DNA of 64,000 nucleotides from a virus, in IMG/VR virus record IMGVR_UViG_3300029822_000001, positions 1 to 64,000 of that record. One strand, written 5' to 3'. Position numbers and translations under genes: made by a program. Within the stretch, counting starts at the first letter, position 1. Each line of letters opens with the position of its first letter. The notes under the pieces were generated by a model. The model was not told the origin of the DNA. It saw nothing but the letters and a program-made list of their open reading frames with translations, and made no database searches. This document shows, piece by piece, positions 57,154 to 64,000 of this stretch.

Positions 57154-58548
57154 CTACTTGTTGTCATTAAGAAAATCTTCTACATCTGTATCAGAGGTAT
57201 CAAATGGATTATCTCCATCAGTACTAAAAGGGTCTGATACATCATTACTTACTGGAGTACTGCCACTAAATACATCATCAAATGGGTTTTCTGTTGTCTT
57301 TGGTTCTACCTTGTTGGCTTCAAATGGGTCTGTAGTCTCCTGTGGAGTATTTTTAGCTGCCTCTGGTGTACTTGTACCGGAATTACCGAAAGGATTGTTA
57401 GAAGCAGATTCTGATGCCTTGTTACCATCTGTATCAGGGGTACTCTGAACTGATGGAGAGGCTACAGTCTTTGTACCTTCATATGCAGAAATAGCTTGCA
57501 TAACTTGTGGATTAGTAGCGTACACAATCTTAGCAGTTTCCAATGGTAACTTACCAGAAGTAATCATTTGCAAGGCAGTTGTTACAGCATCAGAGGTACC
57601 ACCATTGTTACTCTGAGGAGTCGTCTGAGTACCTGAATTTACTGTAGGGGTACTCTGGGTATCATAAGGATTAGTAATGTTAGCTCCAGAAGACACAATG
57701 GACATCTTATCATGCGCAACCTTTTTAACTTGGTTGGTAAGAATCTCATAAAAACTTGGTGAAACTTCCTTAGTTAACCGATTGAAGTACTCTGGGTCGT
57801 CAAACTTGGTAAAGTGTCCTTCTGAGTCCTTTTCAAACGGATTAAGTTGTTCAGACATTGCAGGTAACACTAATCCTTCACGTACGTTTGCTGCATAATT
57901 GTTACCACTACGCTTAATTTCAACAGGTACTGTTACACCTGTACTAATAAACTTTAGGTCATCTGCAAAAGGCTTCCCACTAACTCGCAAGGAATCATCG
58001 GCTAATGCTTCTAAAATTGCACGATAAGCCGTTTCACGAATAATCAGATTTTTATACATATAATCAGTCGAGGTATGTGCATCTACATAAGTACCACTTT
58101 GGTCTGGTACTGATGGAATACCAATGATTTCATAAGATGTACGAAAACCCGTCTGTCCTACTGGCTTACCTTGGTACATTGAGTGACTAATTTGAATATA
58201 ATCAGAGTCACTGTATTCCTCGTGTTCCTTAGAGTATTTTTTGTTAAAGGAAATAATACTCTTAACAGTACTTACAAATTCGTCGTCATTATCTCGAGGG
58301 TTTACAATTACAGGGTAGTTATAAGAACTACCATCTGCACGCTTAGCAGTTACCCAAACTTGTACTACCTGCTTAGCAAACCAACCATTATCTCCAACTG
58401 GTGCTGGTAAAATACGTCCTAAGAAAGGATTTTTACCATTAACCACAATGGCCTTGTTCTTACGAGTAGGGAAGTCATTAGTGTTTCCTCCTCGGTTCTC
58501 TGGGTCCGTTGCCTTAAGTTGTTGCTTTAACATTTGTTTAATATCCAT
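57154..58548 (-). CDS. Single-stranded DNA-binding protein
   Basis: GRILP motif, acidic NPF-rich C-terminal tail, synteny upstream of recA. Confidence 0.7.
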   Translation of the reverse strand: MDIKQMLKQQLKATDPENRGGNTNDFPTRKNKAIVVNGKNPFLGRILPAPVGDNGWFAKQVVQVWVTAKRADGSSYNYPVIVNPRDNDDEFVSTVKSIISFNKKYSKEHEEYSDSDYIQISHSMYQGKPVGQTGFRTSYEIIGIPSVPDQSGTYVDAHTSTDYMYKNLIIRETAYRAILEALADDSLRVSGKPFADDLKFISTGVTVPVEIKRSGNNYAANVREGLVLPAMSEQLNPFEKDSEGHFTKFDDPEYFNRLTKEVSPSFYEILTNQVKKVAHDKMSIVSSGANITNPYDTQSTPTVNSGTQTTPQSNNGGTSDAVTTALQMITSGKLPLETAKIVYATNPQVMQAISAYEGTKTVASPSVQSTPDTDGNKASESASNNPFGNSGTSTPEAAKNTPQETTDPFEANKVEPKTTENPFDDVFSGSTPVSNDVSDPFSTDGDNPFDTSDTDVEDFLNDNK

Positions 58549-58563
58549 GTTGTATTCGCTCCC

Positions 58564-58782
58564 TTATTTATTCTTTACTATAACAAACCCGTCTAAATGA
58601 TTATCATCAATAAACGCCTTTGCTTCATCTTCACTATTAAAAACTTTTGCCCTAAAACGATAAGAAGTTGTTGCTATTACTCCTGTATTATACTGCTTCT
58701 GGACAAAAATTGAAAGTATCTCATCCTTGATTAGAAAAGTATTTTCATTCTTGTCCTTATTGGCCACTGTTACTATCTCCAT
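58564..58782 (-). CDS. Hypothetical protein
   Basis: Operonic ORF. Confidence 0.5.
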   Translation of the reverse strand: MEIVTVANKDKNENTFLIKDEILSIFVQKQYNTGVIATTSYRFRAKVFNSEDEAKAFIDDNHLDGFVIVKNK

Positions 58783-59254
58783 ATACTTGCATTGCCCGTC
58801 TCTGAGCAGAAATGGACTGCATTAAGTCCTTACGTTGTTCAAAGGCCTTTGCTAACCGGTTTAAAGCTTTATACTCGTAAGAGATACGATTAACTACTTT
58901 AATCAATCGGTCATATTCATCATCTGAAACAATCGCAGCATTAATCATAGTATCTGTAGGCTTTTTACCATTATTAGCTTCCCTTAATGCAGGGTCTGAT
59001 ACAAACTTATTATACAACTGTCCATGACGATGGTCAACATCCTGCTTAGCATTTTCTAACCGGTAATTAGCCCGCTCTGCCAATTCAGCTATCTGGTAGT
59101 AGTTAATAGCCTGTGTCTCAAAAGGAATATTGTTAGAATCAAACGATAGTAGTTCCTGAGGAGTAATCTCTCGATACTTACCCGTAATAGAACTGTATAT
59201 ATTAACAGAACGTAACCGTCCTAGAGAAGAAGTATCAATTGTGTAATCTGCCAT
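58757..59254 (-). CDS. UvsY-like recombination mediator
   Basis: KPT...I.AAI..D..Y, KAFEQRKD.MQS. Confidence 0.7.
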   Translation of the reverse strand: MADYTIDTSSLGRLRSVNIYSSITGKYREITPQELLSFDSNNIPFETQAINYYQIAELAERANYRLENAKQDVDHRHGQLYNKFVSDPALREANNGKKPTDTMINAAIVSDDEYDRLIKVVNRISYEYKALNRLAKAFEQRKDLMQSISAQRRAMQVYGDSNSGQ

Positions 59255-59275
59255 ATACTATCTCTTCCCCTTTAT

Positions 59276-59809
59276 CTATACAATTTCGATAGAAGCCTTT
59301 TCATCCTCTTGACGAGGATTAACACTAACTTTTACCTTAGTATCCACTTTGTTAATAAGGTACTTTCCTAAAAATAAGCTACCGTTAACCATTGCATAAT
59401 GAGGGGCACTATCAGAAGCACCTACATCCGCGGCAATGTCTGACAAGCGACTGTACTTACTGTGGCTGCCATCATTAATATTTTCTACGTCATAATAGTA
59501 TAAGTGCTTGTACACAGGTTTTTCAGGAGACTTGTAGTCTTCCTGCTGGTCTTCCTCTTCCTCTTGTGACTGTACACTTACACCATGTAAGGGTCTATCT
59601 TTAATATCAATATGCTGAGTAGTCTTCTTGTTACTATCTTTAACCTCTTGAAGTAACCCAATTAAGGTAGTTAAATGGTTGTCGATGTCTGACAACTTTT
59701 TCACCATCTCGTCACTATGCAGTTCTTCTTTATATGATGCTTGGTTTACTGCCCCTTGTACATCGCTGATACTACTAACTAACTCTTTATGTTTGCTTGA
59801 ACTATACAT
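59276..59809 (-). CDS. Hypothetical protein (C-terminal HTH-like)
   Basis: ORF with promoter and RBS. Confidence 0.55.
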   Translation of the reverse strand: MYSSSKHKELVSSISDVQGAVNQASYKEELHSDEMVKKLSDIDNHLTTLIGLLQEVKDSNKKTTQHIDIKDRPLHGVSVQSQEEEEDQQEDYKSPEKPVYKHLYYYDVENINDGSHSKYSRLSDIAADVGASDSAPHYAMVNGSLFLGKYLINKVDTKVKVSVNPRQEDEKASIEIV

Positions 59810-59869
59810 GATTATACACCTGTCCTTTCAATACAAGTAGAGTACCACAAAAGTACTCTATTTGTCAAG

Positions 59870-60622
59870 CTATTTAATTAAGAACTGATTTTTCTTAGAT
59901 TCAAGCTTATCGTACATTGGTTTAACCTCTTCCTCAGTTTTTACTTTAAACTCAACTAGTTCATCTAACTGTACCTTAAAGTACTTGTACATGCAATAAG
60001 CTTGAGGACTCTTGTACTTAGGTAACTCATCCATATCTAGGGCTACATCATCATTATAATTAATTCCAATTTCTAGTTCACCTCTTAAAGGAAATCTGAA
60101 AGTTGTATCGCTCATACTAAACTTATCGGGTACCTCTAAGTCATTCTTTGGAATATTGATAAGCTCTGGAATAGTTAACTGTTCCATAGCATAGTGCATC
60201 ATCTTAGTAACCACTTTAATTTCTTCTGGGGCACAATCTACAACGATACTATCATGTACCGTTAAAGCAACTTTAGAACGTAAATGGTACTTACGGAATA
60301 AATTAACTAGTACAATTAAAGCATTATTTGTACAATAAGCACCCGAGCCTTGTACAATAGCATTAACTGACTGCTTTAAAGCACGAGATACCCGCTTACT
60401 ATCCTTACTTTTAACAGTATCTAACCTTCTATAGTTACCAGCAATAGTCTCCACATGATGTGTATGCATTACTTGGTCATGTATCATTTCAATGTAGTGC
60501 TTAATACCTGGCTTAGAATCCAGTACCTTCTTTTGAATATCCTTGGCATCGTCCAAAGTCATATCAGGCATAATTGGTCTAAGCTTTTCGTACAATCCAT
60601 ATTCTGTTTGGCCGTAAATTGC
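59870..60622 (-). CDS. polA: Family A DNA polymerase, exon 2
   Basis: (A)IYG, VNAIVQGSGA and TVHDSIV (motif C). Confidence 0.9.
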   Translation of the reverse strand, partial: AIYGQTEYGLYEKLRPIMPDMTLDDAKDIQKKVLDSKPGIKHYIEMIHDQVMHTHHVETIAGNYRRLDTVKSKDSKRVSRALKQSVNAIVQGSGAYCTNNALIVLVNLFRKYHLRSKVALTVHDSIVVDCAPEEIKVVTKMMHYAMEQLTIPELINIPKNDLEVPDKFSMSDTTFRFPLRGELEIGINYNDDVALDMDELPKYKSPQAYCMYKYFKVQLDELVEFKVKTEEEVKPMYDKLESKKNQFLIK

Positions 60623-60976
60623 TATTACCTACCCTCGGTTTCCCGATATTTATTAGGGGATTAGACTAAATCATCTTCTCATACTGCTGAGAAGTCTCTG
60701 CATTTCTTCCTCATCACTGAGGCTTTACTCTACTAGTTTCTTCCACAAGTCTTGACAACTTGTATCTACGTTCGATAGTCGTTGGGCATTTATCAGTAAA
60801 TTATAACATTATACTGAATTTAGCAACGGATTACCGCTAGCCCTATCCAGGGCCGTAGGCTTTCTTACTGGCTTTCTCGTCCTAGAAGTCCTAGGTTGGT
60901 TATTTTTACCTTACTTTAGCCATACCGTTTTAACAGAGATTCAATTGCATGTCACCATGCAAAGGGGCACAATTTT
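60623..60976 (-). other. Group I intron in polA (354 nt, no homing endonuclease)
   Basis: Splits motif B (KAVIFG|AIYG); P1 GGT/GCC with U-G pair; R (CAACGACTA) and S (GATTTAGTCT) elements. Confidence 0.88.
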
Positions 60977-63181
60977 ACCAAAAATAACGGCCTTACTTGC
61001 TTTACGTTGTTCTGAAGTTACTTCCTCCAGACTAATATCATACGCTTTAGTAGCAGTATCCTTATGAACATCAACATTGTTTAACAAAGCTTGTACCAAA
61101 CTAGTATCTTTTGGATAGTACAGGTAGGCAAGCAAAGCAACAATGTAAACTTCCAAGGATTTGTAGTCAATGTTAATCATGACCCCGCCCTTAAAGCGAG
61201 ATTTGAACATACTCTTTACCCCATATTTGTATCTAAAGGAATGAGGGTCAGCAATTCTTCTCGGGAGTTGTTGAAAATTTGGGTCGCTGCTATTTAATCG
61301 ACCGGTTACAGTTCCGGTTGGAGAAAACTTACAATGAATAAGTCCCTTGCTATCTTGTTTCTTAGGCAATGGTTCCAAGAAAGAACTTACTGCCTTGTCC
61401 AAAGCAGAGTAATTAAGTAATTCCTTAGCAATAGGTTCATCATACTTCTCTATCAAATAAGGTAATGCAGCTTTAGCATCACATTTATAATCCGTGTACT
61501 TAAGTTTCTCCTCTGGTACCTTATTTTTCCAGGCAGTATCTGTTATATAATCCTTTTCGTAAGGTAACTGATACCCCATCATTTCGTACAAAATGTACTT
61601 ATTCATATTACCTGAACTAGGAGAGTAGTAGTACTTAGGCATCCCAGTTTTTTCGTTAGTACCAGTGTACTTAGTGTACTCTTTGAACTTCTTTTGTTGC
61701 TCTGCTGTTCGGTCAGCCTTCTTAATGGCTTTAATAGCTTGACGTTCCTTAACCTTAGCTAATCGTTCCTCTTCAAATTGCTTAATATCTGGTATTTTTC
61801 TAAGAGCCTCCGATGCTTTATCTAGTTCTCCCTGATAAATGGGTAGTAGCTCTGAAGCACGCTTCATATCAATGTGCAACCCATTATGTTCAACTTGAGC
61901 TAGAGCATCAATCAGCTTAGGGTAAAAGTCATAAATAAGATGTTTCCACTTAGGGTTTTCATCAATAACCTTACGTTCCCTATTAAATATCCGAAGAGTA
62001 CAGTCTGTATCCGCCGCAGCATAGGGATAAATGATGTCAATAGGTATCCACTCATAGTTAAAATCGCCACCATCTACGGTATTAACCGGAGGTACATATG
62101 AAGATAAACTAGGCTTTTTACCTGTCTTCTCTTCCTGTTCCTTAAGCCAATTGTCCTTATACCTCTCTAGGTACTTAACTTTGTATTTATTTAAAGGTTC
62201 TTCATACCCACCCATATCTGTAAACTGATAGGATAACACCTTAAGTCCCTTACTAGCGTATTCATTTTCGTTAAAACCAATGTAGTACATAATAAGAGTA
62301 TCCACAATATTAGTTGCTTTAGTTAACCCCAAGCAAGACATCATTAGTCGAATATCATACTTACCATTGTGAAAAATCTTAATATGGTCTGACTCAACAA
62401 ATTGGCATATTTTACTATAGATATCCTTAAGCTGCTCAGAAGTCCACCCAGGATTAAATCCATCATGGTCTAAGGGAATAGCTACCCCTTGACGTTCTTT
62501 CCATGATAAAGAAACAAAGATAGGCTTAGAACCCTCTAATTCCGGTACCAAGGTATTACTTTCAAAGTCCATTGCAATGTACTTGTACTTAGGTAAGATG
62601 TCATCAAAAATATGACATACCTCGGCATAATCCGTAACCATCTTATAGGTACCCGTCTTAGGAATAAAAGCTTTTTCCCCTTGGGTAACAAACTGCTTAG
62701 CCAGTTGAATATCAGACTTAAACAGCCCCTCAAGTGCTGGGTCTACCATAATAGAGTCTGTTCCGTATAAGGCCAGCATCCAGTAAGAGCTACCCTTAAC
62801 ATCTACCTTCTGTGGGATACCCCGAGCACTCCGTACTTTACTCTTACCTGTCAAAGCTTCCAAGGATTGGCTACCAAAAGATAAAATCAAATCAGGGGAA
62901 CACTCATTTATTTTATCTAGTAACTTATCAGTATATGGCTTAGACTCTTTCTTAGGTATCTTCTTATATGCCCCAGATGGCTGTTTTTCAGGGATACTAC
63001 TGTAAGCAAAAGATAGGGTATAGTTACTCATCTCTAACCCTAGTCCTGCTCTAGGAGCCGTTAGAGCCTTTTTAAGGTACTTACCAGGAGCACTGTTCCA
63101 GTAGTCCATATAGTACTTACCAGACTCATCTTGTTTAAAGTACTTTTCTCGCCAAAAATCAAGAACCACAAATATTTTCAT
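60977..63181 (-). CDS. polA: Family A DNA polymerase, exon 1 (UDG-like N-terminus, 3'-5' exonuclease, polymerase)
   Basis: DFES, HNGKYD, YAAADTD, TGRLNSSDPNFQQ, DYKSLE; start at MKIF with RBS. Confidence 0.93.
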
Positions 63182-63259
63182 TATCTTAGCCCCTTTCTTT
63201 TTACATTGTACCACATCCATATAAAATAAAAAAGGCTTAATTAAAGCCTTTTATATATA

Positions 63260-63841
63260 CTAGTCTAAATATTCAGTTTCTTGGTCTTCTGGACGTACCT
63301 CATCGCTACTATCCTCATCACTAATAAGGCCATCTTCTTTAGGTCCTTGGGATTCCAACTGCCTACGATATGAGATGTCCGAACTAATTTGGTCAGTAAC
63401 CTTTGCAATATTGGCATCAATGTCATTACTAACATGATTAGGGTACCCTGCTTGTTCAGCAGTCAATACAATATTATTGTACCTGTAGAAGTCCTTTGGT
63501 ACATCAACAAATAGCTTACCAGTACCAATAAATTCACCAAACTCTAGCAAACTAATGGGACTCTTAGTGTCTCCCTGGATATGCATGAAAATGTAATCAC
63601 AGCTGGCTAAACGTTCTTGTTCCCACTTAATCTGTTCCTCTTCCATATCTGGAGTAAAGTCTTCCGTTCTACGTGGATTGTAGAAGGCAATTGGCTGGTT
63701 AGTACGACGAGCAATTTGAGAAGCTACAGCATCTTGCCAAGGCTTAGCTTTTCCCATCTCAATAGACCCTGCCAGGAAAATAGAAATCTCATCTGGATTA
63801 GGGAAAAGGTCACTTGGTGCTTGAATAACATGGTATATCAT
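63260..63841 (-). CDS. Nucleoside 2-deoxyribosyltransferase-like protein
   Basis: SIFLAGSI...W, NPRR, Q.WE, SPISLLEFG. Confidence 0.82.
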   Translation of the reverse strand: MIYHVIQAPSDLFPNPDEISIFLAGSIEMGKAKPWQDAVASQIARRTNQPIAFYNPRRTEDFTPDMEEEQIKWEQERLASCDYIFMHIQGDTKSPISLLEFGEFIGTGKLFVDVPKDFYRYNNIVLTAEQAGYPNHVSNDIDANIAKVTDQISSDISYRRQLESQGPKEDGLISDEDSSDEVRPEDQETEYLD

Positions 63842-63851
63842 GTATTATTAT

Positions 63852-64000
63852 CCTTTCTATGGCTTAATCACGTGAACTACTCGGTCATGAAGGACCAAGC
63901 TTCTGGGAACACTGCTTACTTACACAGTAGTGTCTAGCACTCCATGCAGAGGTTACAGCTATTTACCACGGCTCGTTCCGAACCTAGTTAGTCAATTATT
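63852..64000 (-). ncRNA. Omega-RNA G / IS605-type right end (element continues beyond the window)
   Basis: Scaffold closely similar to cassette E; TTCAC at 63876-63872; guide GTGATTAAGCCATAGAAAGG. Confidence 0.85.

Noticed and set aside
60941-60976. polA truncation or pseudogene
   Set aside because: The break is explained by a group I intron with a restorable reading frame.
482-63937. Antisense or overlapping short ORFs in the track (for example 482-853, 7778-8002, 13415-13747, 21296-21640, 56307-56777, 63617-63937)
   Set aside because: These are shadows of better-supported genes or RNAs on the opposite strand or frame.

Overview
A 64-kb AT-rich segment of a large lytic phage of the SPO1/Twort-like group (Herelleviridae), probably infecting a Lactobacillaceae host (inferred from gene content, not searched). 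Core phage genes: terminase region with a group I intron at the left edge, SF2 helicase, MoxR-type AAA ATPase, nucleotide-salvage genes, RNA ligase, a tRNA/ncRNA cluster, a promoter-cassette-rich terminal/early region (about 29-37 kb), and a minus-strand replication block (intron-split family A DNA polymerase, UvsY-like protein, SSB, RecA, sigma factor, Ig/FN3 virion proteins). The most striking feature is an RNA-guided nuclease network. There are three catalytically intact TnpB genes (two IS200/IS605-type, one IS607-type, no transposase in the window) and six related IS605-type omega-RNA scaffolds. Three of the scaffolds are protein-free cassettes with their own sigma-70-type promoter and a shared 5' leader. 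Their guides correspond to the helicase 3' end, a candidate large ncRNA and the 5' end of tRNA-Gly. A tnpB-linked guide perfectly matches the adjacent antitoxin-less mazF-like gene. Other unexplained signals: a duplicated, covarying, pseudoknotted RNA directly upstream of tRNAs; a tRNA-like RNA with a roughly 50-nt variable arm; a duplicated convergent-promoter ncRNA unit; a polA intron that appears to end in A instead of G; an in-frame readthrough tail on an FN3 virion protein; and strong GTAC enrichment with GATC avoidance.
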